DNA of 64,000 nt from Lama guanicoe (GCA_013239625.1 MU054117.1:2976011-3040010), one strand, 5' to 3'. Numbered from the stretch's first letter, positions 36,919 through 50,770 are shown. Made by a program: numbers and translations. The notes: generated from the letters alone by a model not told the origin.

Positions 36919-38435
36919 CTTAAAAAGAAAGGGCCCCGAAGAGCCAGGATTACTCCGAGGGGGACAGGTGCGACACAAGCACGAACGCCGTGATTGTCGG
37001 GGGACAGACACATGGAAGGGTGTAACGGAAGCAGATGCGGGGTCTCCTCGCCTGCAGGCTTTAACAAAACGAATAGAAATCTATCTGTTATGGCCTGCCG
37101 GGACGCAGCCTGCCCCTGGGACGGTTACTACAGACCAGTCCCCACCACCGACACCATCCCCCGTCCCCACCAAAAGGTAGCTCCCAGACTTGTGTTTCGA
37201 AAAAAAGGCTTAAAAAGAAATCCAGTAAGTAAGACAGCTGTGGACACTTTCCGTGATCAAAAGTGGCAGGTTCCGCGTTGTGACTGCTTGGACCGCGCTC
37301 CCACTGCTGTTTCCTTCCACCCCTTTCTCACCCCGCCACCCACCCATCCAAACAGCCACACCAAACGCTGGAGGGCACGGTGAAAACGTGGGTCTGCAGA
37401 GATGATTTCAAACCCCAGAAACCACATTTCTATGATGCAGGGTAACAGTTCAATAATGTTTCTGGAGATAACAGAGCCCCATGTGCAGAAGATTTCGGAA
37501 GAGAGTGCAATGTTATTCACGTCTGAACGTCCCTAAAGAACGCGCGCTTCCTGGCTCTCTGCCTAAAGACGAAAACCTGACAAAGGACCGATTCTTCTGA
37601 AATGGCAGACCCAGGAGACAGACCTCATCAAGGGAATACTCACCCTAAAAAATTCTGGAAGTGAACTGCAAAGCCTCATATTACCCAAATCCGATGGGAA
37701 TTATGTAACACCTTTCTGACCCTCTTACGGGTAACTAAGTGGGATGGTCTTTGCAGGAGTTATTTTTGAAAGTAATTCACTTTTTAAAAAATGCTGCACC
37801 TCCTGATCTGGAGTGGCAGCCAGTTCTCTTGCTGGAGGTAAGGTCCACAGTCAGGACCAGACAGTTAACTGTCCACCCTCACCTTTCCCCTCCTCTCTCT
37901 CCTTCATTGGCTTGAGTCTGGAGAAGTCGGACTTTCACAAAGTCAGGGAAAAGCAGAGGATTTCCCCCATTATCCCTTCCTGTTCTTTTATGTCCTTACC
38001 TGTCATTTTTCTAAAAATCAACACAAAACAAACAAAACTGCCAGCCCCGAGGCCTGCGCACAACGCACGCAGTGATTAGTTTACTTTACAGCGCTCTGTA
38101 TTTTCGACATAAAGCAGTTGGTGCACAGGCTTCTCCGTGGAAGGGACTTATCCATGGAAGTTAAACGTAATGCAGAAGTCAGCTTCCACGGGCACGCCGC
38201 CGCCCGTCAGGGGGCCCGGGACTTGGGGAGGCGCCTCGTGGGCAGAGCTGCACCAAGTCCTCCTTCCACCTGGCACCTGCGGGGAGTGGCTCCAGGAGCT
38301 CCAGGGCTGCGCGGGGACCCGGCCGGCAACTTGGAACTTAACGACTCTCAAACCCCTGGGTCACCATCAGCTCTCTCAGGAGAGGAGATTCTCTCCGAGC
38401 ACCCAAACTGGACCCAGGATTCTGGGAATTATTAC

Positions 38436-38587
38436 CTTTTCCAAAGAGAGCACCGTGAATACCGTTTATCCTCCAGTCAAAGTTATGAATGCAAATCGCT
38501 TCCACAAACTCGCTGCTGGTGCCGTGAAACAGCATTTGCTCGTTAATCTGAGGCACGCCTCTTTTTTTCTTGAGCTGAGCCTTCTTC
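38436..38587 (-). CDS. PARP11: PARP11 coding exon (152 nt): (R)KKAQLKKKRGVPQINEQMLFHGTSSEFVEAICIHNFDWRINGIHGALFGK(G)
   Basis: Catalytic LFHGT motif; TTCAG| acceptor and |GTAAT donor. Confidence 0.97.
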
Positions 38588-41500
38588 CTGAAAACACAAC
38601 ACACAGACACAAAACACACAGAAATAACACTGTTACGGGGCACTATTAGTTCTTCAAGGAGCACCGCTCAGTAGGAAACAGAACACACCTCTTTAACCTA
38701 AATCCTAAGTGGGCAAATAGCTCTGGAAAAGAAATAATCTCAAATGCTCCTGGACACGTAAATCATCTCAGCAAAAATTATTAGTTAACACTGACACTTA
38801 AGGTTGAAAATTACACCCAAAACTACCGCTATCGCAGACGATGCTCGGTCGTAGTAAAGGTGGCTGACTGCCTAAGCCAGCCAAGGTTTACAGACGTCTA
38901 AAAATGACACCACAAACCACAAATCATGCCTAGTGCCCAGGGCCTTTCAACAGTGAATTCTCTGAGCAGGGACCACGCCCTGCGTCTTGAATTTTGAGTC
39001 TCAGGGCTGGAAGGGGCATTAAGCCATCCAGTTCAACCTTCTTCCCAACAGACAAATCTCTTCCAGCACATAAAAGATATTCAATGCAGGATTTAGTGTA
39101 ATGGTAAAAAAACAAATCAGCTGAAAACAGCCTAAAATGCATCGAAAAAAGAACAATTATATATTTTTACATGAAAGTTACAGTGATGAACTAGCTCTAC
39201 AGGTATTAACATAGATAACTCCTGAAAAATAATGTCAAACGTAAAAAGAACGTTGCAGAAAGAGACACAGAGCTCAGGATAATAACGTTACTGTAGAGGT
39301 GTACGCACGTGGTAAAAGAAATACAAAAAGCTCATGACAAGAAGGCCTCACACCAGCCTCAGCAGGAAAGGAGGATGGCGGGGGCGGGGGGAGGGGAACA
39401 CCCACCTGTAACTGTAATGCTCTGTATCTAAAAAGGCCCGGATACAAAGATGAAGAAACTGCCACAAATGTTAAAATGTCGAATCTGATGGGTAGGTACC
39501 TGGGTGTCCGTAAACCATCTGCTGCATTTTCATTTTTAACTATCTCATAAAAAAGACACTTGAGAAAGCAAAAGGCACCCGCTCCCCCGCCACCTCTGCA
39601 AATGACAGCTCTCCAGCGCCGGCTTCAGCGTGTCTGTGTCAGGCTCCGCGGGACAGCGAGCCCACCTGTGATCGGGGTGACTCGGAGTCAGCCACCCGAC
39701 CCGGACACGGAAGCCACGTCCGCCCTCCTGTACTTCTCCCGGGAGGTCTTAGTTGTCCTCTCCTGCACACTGGACAATTCAATGCCCCCACACAAAACAA
39801 CTCTGCAAATGCCCAGGGATCACTGTGAGTACCAGTCTGGGCTTTCTTCTCCAGGTGACAGACACCATCCCTCAGCTGTCCTTCACACAGCGCAGCTCCC
39901 AGGCCTTTCTCCACCCCGGGCGGCCTCGAGTGGAGATGAATCTGCCGGACACCTTCTTGTCTGTAAACGCCGCTAAGAAACGGGGCCCAGGTGCCGCGAG
40001 CCGGCGCAGGGCTGAGCTCGCTCTGCTCCGGGCACCTGGCTGCTGCTGACGGCTGGAGTCGACTGCAACTCCCAGGGCCTTCTCAAAGCATGCTTCTCTT
40101 GGCTTGCGAGACTGCTACAGCTGTAGATTTATTTCAATTAAGCTTTATCTTGATATAGCAATTCTAAAAGCAGAGAATTTATAAAGGACACGCAGCTTAG
40201 TGACTTTTCGGGGGAAGGAGAGTTGCCCTTAAACGAGGGGAGAAGTCGAAGCGCACACGGGCTTTCCCCAGTGTCACCTGGCAGCAGCGTCACAACTCAG
40301 ACGTCTTTGCCTTCTCTGGAGACAGGCTTTTCAGACCATTAAGCATGACATCAGGGGATGTGTATGAAACAAACGCTGACTTTGGAAAAAGCCAGGATGT
40401 TTTCACAAAGAACAAGTTATGCCAACCTTCTTTTTAGACTTTCAAGTTCTGTCTGACAAGCTTTTTTGACAAGAAACATTTGTTGCTTGTCTAACCAAGA
40501 AAAAGATCTTTTTTAAAAGAAGATAACTGCATTTGTTTTGACTCACTGTTTCAACCTCCCAAGGCCTTTGTGCTCCCGGTTAGCCCGCACCGCACACCAG
40601 CCGCCCCTCTCAGTGCCGAGCCTTTCACAGGCGTGAGACGCGGGCCTCCTACACTTTCAGCCAAGTTCCTGCTGAGAACGTGGAGGGGCTCAAGGAGCAA
40701 GCAAGCCTCTGAAGCAGGTGCAGTTTACTTCACAGGAGTTACACCGCAATAAAGGTGTTAATGAAATAACATAAGAAGAAAGCACGCGTGCCATTCAAGT
40801 TTCTCTGCGTAAGACGTCTGACTGGTGCTCCTTTTCCCTTCGTCCTGCCACGCGGCCAGCCCCTCTCTCTGGCCCCATCGTGAGAGCCCTTCTCAGCCAC
40901 TTGTAGAGATCCAGCTGCGTCGTCTGAGGCTCCCCCATCTACCACGGCAACCCTCGTAGCTCGCTGAGTGTTAGTGGATTCATTCTGTTTTTTCCTAAGT
41001 AAACATTTGTTAATATACGTCCTTCAAATGCCGAGCTCCGTGGTTTGTAATGACTAGAATCCACTCCAAAATCAGGATTTTCACTCATCACTCAGGAACT
41101 TTTGTTTGAGAATTCCGAGTCTCTCTTAAATATTATACACGAAGTGCTGGTTAAACAGCTGGGCGTGTGGGCGCCGTCACCCTGCTCGGCCCCCATCTGG
41201 AGGCGGGTGTGGGCGCTCTGCCCCCTGCGCGGCCTGCCTGCTGTATTCTAGCGCCCTCAACACGTGGGGACGTGCATGCCATGACCTTGTTCCAGAAAGG
41301 CTAACCTTGGGGTCCAGGGCCTTTTGGACTTCAGTTAGACCTCAGGGAACAAGACAGAGTCCTAAACCACCCTGCCTGACCCCACATTCATTTCCGAACT
41401 TACTGAAAACGCTGCCACACCCGCTTCTCAGAGCCTTCAAACCACCCGCCCCCTCAGGGACCAGGCGCCCAGGGGGCCCCGCGGGGCACACCGCGCACTC

Positions 41501-41714
41501 CGACCGCAGTGGGGAGCACTGCCCGCCCTGGACCGCAGTAAGCCGGCCTAGGCGTGGACCAGCGGCTCCCGTCCTGGCTGAACACCAGAACCACGCACAG
41601 AAATTCGCAAAGATAAAAATGTCAGAGCGCAGAGGCTCTGACTCGGTGGACCAGGACAGGTAGGAGACGCCGCCACGTGCTAAGGGCCCCCCAGCTGAGT
41701 GTGACCTGCGGCAC

Positions 41715-41755
41715 GTGCCCTGGGGGGCAAAATCACCCCTAGTTGAAAACCACTG
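41715..41755 (-). mobile_element. hAT-Charlie (MER20-like) terminal fragment
   Basis: Minus strand CAGTGGTTTTCAACTAGGGGTGATTTTGCCCCCCAGGG. Confidence 0.65.
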
Positions 41756-43947
41756 CTTTGAACCCCTTCTGTGGAGTACAACCCGGTAAACTATGTTCTA
41801 CATTGCACATCAGATCCATTACTCTCTTGCTTCAAGCCCTACGATGGCTGCCCACCATCCCAGGGGAAAATCCAAACCCCTTGGTTTGCTTATAAGGGCC
41901 TGCATGGCCTGGCCTGCACCCACTCTGACCGCAACTCTGGGTCGGTCCAAGTCGAGGGAGGCTGAGGGAGATGGCCACCTGCCCGCCCCAGGGGCCCCCT
42001 GCCAGCCCTGCGCGCCCTGCCTCGCGAGCGCTTCTCCAGCACCTTCCCCCAGCAGCCTACCCTCTGTTCTGTGTGAAACCCTCACTGCTCCATGTTCCCC
42101 ACCTGCCATCAGACTTTGGCCCCTGCTGCTCCTGATGCCCGGGGTGCCCTCCCTCCCATTCCTGCGTCCGGCTCCATGACACCTCCTTCAGGAAACACTC
42201 TGTGACACTCCCCACCCCACAACACAGACGCTGCTCACCAGCAGGGGTGAGGGGCCCCGGCTCTGCTCACACCTGCATCTTGTGCTGCATGCCTGGCTCC
42301 CTGTCCAAGCTCTGGTCCTGGGCACGCCTGTCACAAAGCTGGTGGGCAGACAGACTGCCAGACAAAGAGGGGAGGAGGAAGGCCTGGACGACGCAGACGG
42401 AGGCTGGACGGGCTCCCGTGGGCCTCCCGCCTGCTGGTGAGTCACGTGCCATGAGAGGACCAGGCCACTCTCCATCTTCAGGCAGGTGTCAAAATGACAG
42501 GCTGTCCTGAAAATGAGACTCAGTGGTTTCTGCCGTCACGGCAGGTGGCGGGTTCATTCACCATCACAGGTTTCCACAGGCCGACACTGCATAAAACCAG
42601 GCACGGCGCCCACAGAGTAGAACCATTTCCAGTGACGTCCTTAGTACACACTGTTCTAGGGGATTCACTGGAACACTGCTACCATGTGGGTCTCCAATTA
42701 TGAGAGAGACTGGTAGGAATTCCACTTCAGAGGCCTGATTAAGAATAAGGAATTAAGTTTTCATCAGAACCTTTTAGCGAAACTTACTTTATTCACTGAG
42801 ACAATAAAACCAAGGAAGAGGGAGGCCCCCATCTTCCTCTACAAAAGAATCACCCAAATAAGAACTAAATAAAACCTGCACTCAGGCCCAGGACTGTCAG
42901 AAGTAAAAGTGGGCTTGGCCCAAGGATTCAAAACTACCAAGAATACAAGCTGAAAACCAGTATTTTATAATATAAGCCAGTATGAGAATAAAACCTGGAA
43001 TTTACTCAGGCCACAGGAGCCGACCAACCAGAAGAGTGAAAGAACTCCACACATCAGTACCAGACAGAAGTCGGCCGATTTTCAAGTATCTGAGGACAAA
43101 ACGAGTTAAGGCCTGGCATCTGCTTTAAAACACTTCAGCAGCAGCAACAACATAGCAAGAAAAGAGAGACAGACCATGACGGTAAATCTGGATCAGCGTC
43201 AAGTCAGGATCGTGGATACGTGGGGGTTCATTATATCAGATTCTAGTATTCGAAATCCCCAACTAAATATTCAATGTCTGTTTGTATTAAAAAACATTAG
43301 AAATCAAATCTCGAACACAAATTTAATAAAAATGTTTCAGAAAACCACTTATTTTAAGTAATGCTTGTTATTAAAAACATACAGCATGACAGGTTAATTT
43401 GGACAACACCTGTAAGTTTCTTGCAATGGGCTTTATTTTCAGCAATCCAATGGGTCATTTCCAACCTAAACTGAGTAATGAATCGAGATTTTAAATCTAC
43501 AACATAAACTCTGGGCTAAGCAGGAAAGCTGAAAATGTGTTTCACAATGGCCTTCAAAACTGAACAAGCAGATGGCTTACAGGAGGCAAGTCTGAGCCAA
43601 CAAGGTCACATCGACACAGCTGAAGCGCTCCCCAGGCCCCCTGTGATGCTGGGTTCAGCCTAACCCTTGGCAGGCGAGTGGGAGGGACTGCCATCACAGC
43701 GTGTGTGCGCAGTGCATGGCTCTGACTTGCGGGGACAGCAGCCCTACCCGCCACGCCCCCCGGATGACAAAGGACAGAGCTGAGAAACCCCATCAAAATC
43801 CGGCAGGAGCAGAGCCTGGTGCGTCCGCACGGCTCACGTGGCGACACTGACAGCGAGCACAACAGAGCCCTGGTGCCCCACGGCTCCGGGACTGCGAGCG
43901 AGCGTCTCAGACACCAAGCAGAAGGTTCAGACTAGGAGCTGTCTCAC

Positions 43948-44078
43948 CTGCAAAAGAACTCCCACAGGTCTAGGTTTTGAATTCTCTGGATTCTTTTAAT
44001 TCTGTTGCGATCCATCGTTCTCCCAAAGAGACCGGCAACCTCCTTATACTCATGCGTTTGGTTGTGCAAAGGAATAAG
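43948..44078 (-). CDS. PARP11: PARP11 coding exon (131 nt): LIPLHNQTHEYKEVAGLFGRTMDRNRIKRIQRIQNLDLWEFFC(R)
   Basis: Manual translation; IQRIQN..LW motif at the start of the PARP domain; CAG| and |GTGAG. Confidence 0.96.
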
Positions 44079-44159
44079 CTGGAAAGAGAAGTTTGCAGCG
44101 CGGTTTTATGGGGCGCTTTGCAGGCCCCCCCGCCTCCCGTGGGTCAGGGCAGCGCTCAC

Positions 44160-44232
44160 CTGGTAGGGGACCTCGGTGTTCACGTTCTCCCAGTGCGCGG
44201 GCATGGGGATGGCCTCGTTCTCACAGATGTAA
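44160..44232 (-). CDS. PARP11: PARP11 coding exon (73 nt): (S)YICENEAIPMPAHWENVNTEVPYQ
   Basis: Manual translation; ACAG| and |GTGAG; followed by an 81-nt intron. Confidence 0.95.
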
Positions 44233-46373
44233 CTGTACGTGGAAAAGACAAAACGAAGTATTAGAAGCTGATGACAGTCACAATCAGTGACTTATACGTT
44301 TCCTCCCAACCTGAATTTTCACGCTGAGGCGCTGTGACAAATGCAGTTAGGTGCAGTCCTTGGTTTCTCTCTTTTCAAATATTTCTTGAATACCTACTCA
44401 TGTGCAACTTTAGGTACTGAACTGAGAAACCTGATGGGAAACACCTAGTCCTACATAACGTTAAAATTTCAAAAGCTGTTGTTTAATTCTGTTTTTTGTT
44501 TTCCCCTGAATTTTCCAGAATGTCTTTTAACTGTAGGAAGATATTAGGTAAAGAAAAGGAAAATCCAAGAAGAAAATCAAATTCTTGGTCAAAAAAAAAA
44601 AAAACCTCTTTAACAGATTTAAACTGCCTACTAAATTACACCCAGTTTTCACAGCCACACATTCAATGTCCTTCAGGATGGAACTCAAACCTACAGCTTC
44701 CTCTCTTCACTGCCCACGACGCCCGCGGTCCACATTAGCTCACTTGGTGCAGCAGACAGTCGAGCTTTTGAAAACTGTCCACCATGTTTAAGCCACTGGA
44801 TGTGAACACGGAAAAAGACAACGATCTTTGCTCATTTTTCTGAGGGGTTGCTGGTCTTCTACTTGGAGATTCCTAAAAGTACTTCGTACACGACAGAGCT
44901 GAGCGCTTAGACCGGGGTACTAGGGAACAACAGTTTCCCAGGGTTTTGGTGTTTGTTTTTCACTTTGCCTGAAGTATCTTTTAGCTATGGAAAAGGTATT
45001 CGTCTGTTTGTCTGTTTAAGTGTTTGCAGCCCTAGTTAACTGTGAATTCCTTGCCAGCAGGAAATGCACTGCTCCCTTTGCGTGTCATAGATGCTCACCG
45101 TAGTCCTGCACACTACATAAGCAGACATTTCTAGATCAGCACCTCTTCCTCTTCACCAGGCTTCTGTGTCCTAACTGTTCTTCGTCCTTTACTGTCTTGC
45201 TCTGTGCCCTCCATTCTGGCTCGTTCTCTCCCCTCCCTGTCTTTTTCTATGGCTCATACAGTCTACGTGAGAGCAGAGCATCTGGCCCCGTCGTGTGCTT
45301 CCTCTCCCACCACAGGGTACCAGATGCAGTGACAGACACTTAGAGCGACCCGTCCATCACTAGGTCTCATCTTCCTCCCAGATCACATGTTCTTTGAAGA
45401 TAAATAATTCCTTGATTAAATTCCTCATACTTAAGAATGAGATATGATGAAGCTGGTAAGGAAACAACATTCTCCACCTTCCATGGAAGTATTAGGGCAT
45501 TCCTTACATAAGTATTCGAGTATCTTTGAAATCATGATCCTAAACATAAGCCAAAAGTCTCGAGAAACAAACTGACAGAAACGTTAAGCATTTCTTTCTT
45601 TAATCCTTTCAGAGTATCTCCTTGGAAGGAGCAAACGGGTCTCTCCTACAATTGACAGGCTAGCAATTTTTTTTTTCTGTTTCATTTAAAATTCTTTGAA
45701 CAGGAAGAATTTCAATACTTGCTTGAGGAAATCATTTCAGAAAATAGGAGACTTGCTCTAAGATTTCCCCTTCAATTCCATTCATATGAATAATGAATAT
45801 GTATTGTCTTGGGACATCTATGGCGGTCTTTTCTGGCTACAGACAGCAGGACAGGGAAGGAGGAGAACGTGCCGCCCCGACCCAGGGAGCAGGGGGTGTG
45901 GCTGCTGTCCCCCACTTCCCCATCGCCCCAGGTCCCCTCAGTCACTACAGATCTGAAATTATGTCCAGGGGTTGCCCCATGGGGTTTGGTGGAGGTGAAC
46001 ACAAAGTGGGTAATTACCTAAAATGTATGGTTCAAATAACTGGATGGTTCTGGGAGAGTCTTTCCTATTCAAACTTACCTCAGTAGGTTATTTTAAGGAT
46101 TTAGAGCAGAGACCAGACATGCAAGTGTTCTAAAGAATTAAAAAGCATAACTCTATAAAGGGAAACAAGAAGGACAGCAGGCAAGGAGACGCCGGCAGAA
46201 GGTAGCAACATTGCTCGTTCACTAGCTGACATGAGCTCGGGAGAGACAAGATCAACATGAAGGTTATTAAATAACCTACCAAACCCTTTCCGCCTCTCCA
46301 CTTCCCCGTCAGCTATCAAGGCAGAGGAGAGGAGACAAAGCCCGCTCTTCCCACCCCAGGCTCTCCACCATAC

Positions 46374-46449
46374 CTGAAAGCACTGATGGAAAAGGGAGCT
46401 CTTTTTATTAGACGCTGTTTTCCAGAGGTGAGATTCGTCTGCTTCATTT
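46374..46449 (-). CDS. PARP11: PARP11 coding exon (76 nt): (E)MKQTNLTSGKQRLIKRAPFSISAF(S)
   Basis: End of WWE domain (M.Q.N..TG..R.I.R); GCAG| and |GTATG; phases fit neighbours. Confidence 0.95.
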
Positions 46450-47700
46450 CTGCACACGGAGACAAAGATGTTAGAGAAGTCCCAGAAACACATTGTGCTG
46501 TCAGCTGTCACGAAGATCTGTGGCCACACAGTGTGATGATCTGGGACCGCGGGGCTTTGGAAGGAGCGGCCATAACCAGGGCACTCGGGCTGCTTCAGTG
46601 GACACGCTGGTCAGCAAAGCAGGTTCGCGGCTTCATCTGAGCTCACACACGAGGATGCTAACCTCGGACGCTGCTCGGACGCAGGGTCTGCCCTTTCCGC
46701 CTCATACTTAGGCTAAACTGACAGGGAAACAGGAACGTTCTCAACCTAAGAAAATTTAGAGTGCCAGAAGGAGGAAGAAATTACAGTACTGACTCTCCTG
46801 GTCAGTTTCCTAAGTGAGAAATGCACTTTGATTTCTCCACAAAGATTTTGGAAATGATAAAAAAAAAGATACATTACCATGATGAAATGTGCACAATTCA
46901 GTTTCAAGAATTTGTACCTTTCTTGCCTTTTCTTTAAAGTGTACTCCTAAACAGAAAACCTGGCTAGACTCAAGGTGTACTTACAGAAGAGATGCTGGTG
47001 ATAAAAGGAAGAACTCACTGCAGGCATCATTTTCTTCTTCTATCTGTCCCTCAGCGGCGGTGACACCCATCACACCCGCTTCTTCATCCCCCCAGAGTTA
47101 GGCGCTAAGTCTTCCTACAAGAGCCTAGCCAGTCTATCTTGTCTAACTGGCATCCTAACACCCCCAATAAAGGGGCTCCCCGCCCAGGCAAATGCTGCTC
47201 CAGGTGTGCCCCGCTTTTTCCGTGCCCCCTTAGGCTCCGTGTGCTGGCGTGAGCATTGCGCAGGGAAAAGCAAGGTGGTCCCAGCACGAGGAGTGAAGCC
47301 TGTGGTGCCTCCTTGTACCACCTCATTTCAAGTTTACTTTTACGATTTTTACGAAGGGAAGCTGGCTTGGCTTGTGGCAGAACGGATGGGGCTCGTTTTG
47401 CAAACGCAACGTGGGAAACGCGAACACTGACGCTGCTGAAACAGCATCGTTACAGTGAGGGCTGGGGACTGGAGCTGTCATACGTGACTTCCATGCTTTG
47501 ATAAAGGTTTTTTTTTTTTTTAAATAAACTGCACCATCTGAGAGAAAGCTTCCAAAAATACAGTTTGCTAGAAAATACTCTTTCAGAAATATGTGGTGTG
47601 CTGGGCTACCGCCCAAGTGCTTTGACAGACTTACCCTCTGCATGATGCCTGAGGTCTGTGTACCACTATGTCTCAGTGTTGCTTCAAAACTGGGACTTGG

Positions 47701-47822
47701 GGGGGGGAGGGTACAACTCAAGTGGTGGAGCGCATGCTCAGCACCCACGAGGCCCCGGTTCAATCCCCCGGACCTCCTCTAAGCGAGAATCAGTGAAGAA
47801 CCCTAATTAGCCCCTCTCAGCA
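47701..47822 (+). mobile_element. camelid-type SINE, diverged with GC-enriched tail
   Basis: GGGGAGGGTACAACTCAAGTGG...GGTTCAATCCCCC...CCCTAATTAGCCCC; TSD AACTGGG(G)ACTTG on both sides. Confidence 0.8.
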
Positions 47823-48842
47823 GAACTGGGACTTGCATGCAAGAGTTAAGTGTCTACCAACACCGTCTGTCTAGACTGCGGCAGAAAGACAAACGTCAGG
47901 GCTCCTTAAAGGCAGTCTATCTGCCTAATGTCATAAAAATGTTATAGTTAGGAGTAAGAATCTAATGGCTTTAACTCTTGAATTAAAAAAAAACAGCTCT
48001 GGGAGACGACAATCATGAGAGGTCCGGCTGCCTCACCTTTACTGGACTAGCCCCTCCACCGCTTCTGGGCCTCGGTACACCCAAGGACCGCCCTCGGCTT
48101 CCCCGCCCCCTCCTGCCTGCAGTGCAGCACCAGCTCTGTCGCCACGACTCCGCCCACAGGAACTGGGGCAGAACGCCTGGAGGATCGGGCCGTGAGGCAC
48201 CCCAAATGCACTTTATTAAGAAAGCCCCCCCATCCAGGTCTCGCTTGCCTTGAAGCAGAAAACAGCTGCGGCTGGCAGCTTGAAACTGAAGGGGTGACTC
48301 CAACAGGTTTTCGTGGGAGCCCTAAAGACACGCCCACGTACTGGGGATGAAATCCAAGTGGGGCTGATTTCCAGATCAGCTGCTGGGGAAGAGCCACTGA
48401 GACCAGAAAGTGGCAGGAGGTAACGCCCATCACGGTTTCTTGGCAAAGACTCCAAGGGGTGGGTCATTCAGCTCAACTTCAGTCTTAAAACTAAACTAGC
48501 TACGTATGACTTTTGTCACTGAACCTGTCTGATTGATCTTTAAAAATAAAAAGATGATGATGAGTAAAAGAGTTTATAGGTGTTTTGTGTTCCTCATATG
48601 AGAAGCATTACATGAACCCAAAATACATGACAATCTCCACACACATCAGTAACTGCAAGCATGTAAATACACCTTTATAAAAGGCAACGTTGCTCAAAAA
48701 GATTGCAAAGCCTGAATTTCTGCAGCGGCATTTTACAAAAAGGACTTACTTTACTGTTTACAGTAAACCCTGACCTTCAGAAAGGCAGATTTTACCACAT
48801 CAATATACTAAGAACACACAACTATTAGGGAAAAAGACATAC

Positions 48843-48963
48843 CTGCAAAGTCTATCCTGTAGCTGAATTTGGAAGTAGTAAAAGAAATGGAGCCACAAGG
48901 GTTTGTTTTGAAGCTTTTTTCGATATCTTCACTGCTAACTGAACACTGAATGTTGGTATCCGG
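48843..48963 (-). CDS. PARP11: PARP11 coding exon (121 nt): PDTNIQCSVSSEDIEKSFKTNPCGSISFTTSKFSYRIDFA(E)
   Basis: WWE domain core; AAAG| and |GTATG. Confidence 0.95.
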
Positions 48964-49779
48964 CTTTAAGACAAACCAGAAAGTTTCATTTACCAGCTGT
49001 TCACATTAATGGCTTGGCCACAGCAGTGGTGCTGTGGGCACAGAGACAGAACAGAGGGGACAAGGAAGCTTACTAGTCACCTGCTCTAGTTCCAAATACA
49101 CAGGGAGCACCCCAGCTATGACGGCAAGGATTTCCGGCAAAGAAACGTCAACAACTGGTTAGAAGGGCTTTTTCCAAGTTATGAGCATTTTTCCAAATTA
49201 CGGCAAACATTACACTTCCTAAGTGGCTCAGACCGCGTCTTCTTTGAGCAGCCTTGTAAGTCTAAAAAGACCACAAGCTTGGCGTGCAGGTGCACCTCGC
49301 GGCATAACCGTGAACTGGCTGTGTGACTGCGGACAAGTGACAGAACTGTTCTGAGTTTCACTGCCTTTGTAAGGCCGAGGGTCGACATCTGCTTTCCGGT
49401 TGCTGTCAGGACAGAGGAGAAAACACGTGTGCAACCCCTAACCTAGCGCCTGGCGCACGGATGCGTCTAACACGGGCCGTCTTCCCTTCCAGTGTGTGTC
49501 CGCCAGACCAGGCCTGGACCTGCCTGCACGTGCCCAGGCTGTGCAACTCTCTGTACACACAGTGAACACACACCATCTCCTCAAAATAAATATCGTGAAA
49601 GCCTGGGGAAGGAAAAGGGGGCAGGACCAGAAGAATTTCTAATCCTTCTTTTGGTCATGCTATCTGATCTCCTGAAGGTCTGATTTCCTTCAGGTGCCGC
49701 CTGTGCGCCTTCCTTACGCGGAAAGGATGATACCGCGGTGAGTCCAAGTCCCTCCTGCCAGCCGCGAGGGAAGGGGTAC

Positions 49780-49908
49780 CTGGAACATGTGCCACTTCCC
49801 ACACTCCGCCAGGTAGAACCAGCCCCACTGGGTGTCTGATGTGTCCATCTCATCCACCTCGCTGTCGACTGTTTTGGAAAAGAGCTCTTCTGCTTTGTGG
49901 AACATCTC
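49780..49908 (-). CDS. PARP11: PARP11 coding exon (129 nt): EMFHKAEELFSKTVDSEVDEMDTSDTQWGWFYLAECGKWHMFQ; preceding exon not in window, in-frame ATG at 49905
   Basis: Start of WWE domain (WGWFY...GKWH); TTTCAG| and |GTACC. Confidence 0.96.
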
Positions 49909-50544
49909 CTGAAATGCCAAAGAGACAGGGAAGAGACAGTTTCCTTAATAAGCCACGTGCTTCTCAAACATCATTGCCCCTCTTAGCAAGAACAGCATTC
50001 CAGGTGTCCTTCCCACGTGATGTTTAAAAGCAGCATTCTACCTTGCACATGGCTCTGAAGACAAGCATTTAAAAATGCTGAATATCGCTGCTTAACAGAA
50101 AAGCCAGACAGTTAGACACTTCAGTAGGATACATCAGTGCCCGCTCAGCCACTTACATAAGCTCTGTCAGCACCTATAAGTACTCAGGGTTCGCAGTACA
50201 GGGCCAAGAAATTCCTGTCTTATCAAATGTTCAGGTATTTGGACAAAAGGATCCAGGCTCTCAACTAGTTAACACCCAATACAGCTGACTTTTGTTTTAA
50301 ATATTCATTACTTCATTTAAGGGCATGGAAAGACATTTATAATATGCAGTGTTCAGTACAAAGAAGGTTACAATAAACAGAAATAGGATGATCCAATTTT
50401 AATAAAAAAATACATCTACACTTACCCATGTGAATGTTTGTGTGCATCTGTACACGTACACGTAGGTGTGTGGATGTGCACGTACGCACAGAGGTCTGGA
50501 TGGATATACAAACATTTATCACAGCTTTCCCTGAATGTTAGCAT

Positions 50545-50770
50545 AATAATGGTAACTGGCACCCTTAGATGGCTCCTACTGTGTGCCAAGTGCCCTTCTC
50601 AGAAATGTACGCGTGACAACTCACCTGGGCCTCGCAACCACCCCAGAAGACACGCACTGTCGATATCCAGATTTACAAATAAGGAAGCCCGGGCACAGAG
50701 AGGGCACACAAGGACGAAGCCGGGCTTCCGGGCCAGGCAGTCTGGATCCAGGCTGTGCGCTCAGGTACCA
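50545..50770 (-). mobile_element. MIR SINE
   Basis: CCTACTGTGTGCCAAG...TTTACAAATAAGGAAGCCCGGGCACAGAGAGG...CCAGGCAGTCTGG. Confidence 0.75.

Noticed and set aside
39560..40560. Possible hAT transposase N-terminal remnant (…RFISTRGRPGWRKAWE…) in a PARP11 intron
   Set aside because: Similarity too weak to assert by eye; needs a Dfam/HMM search
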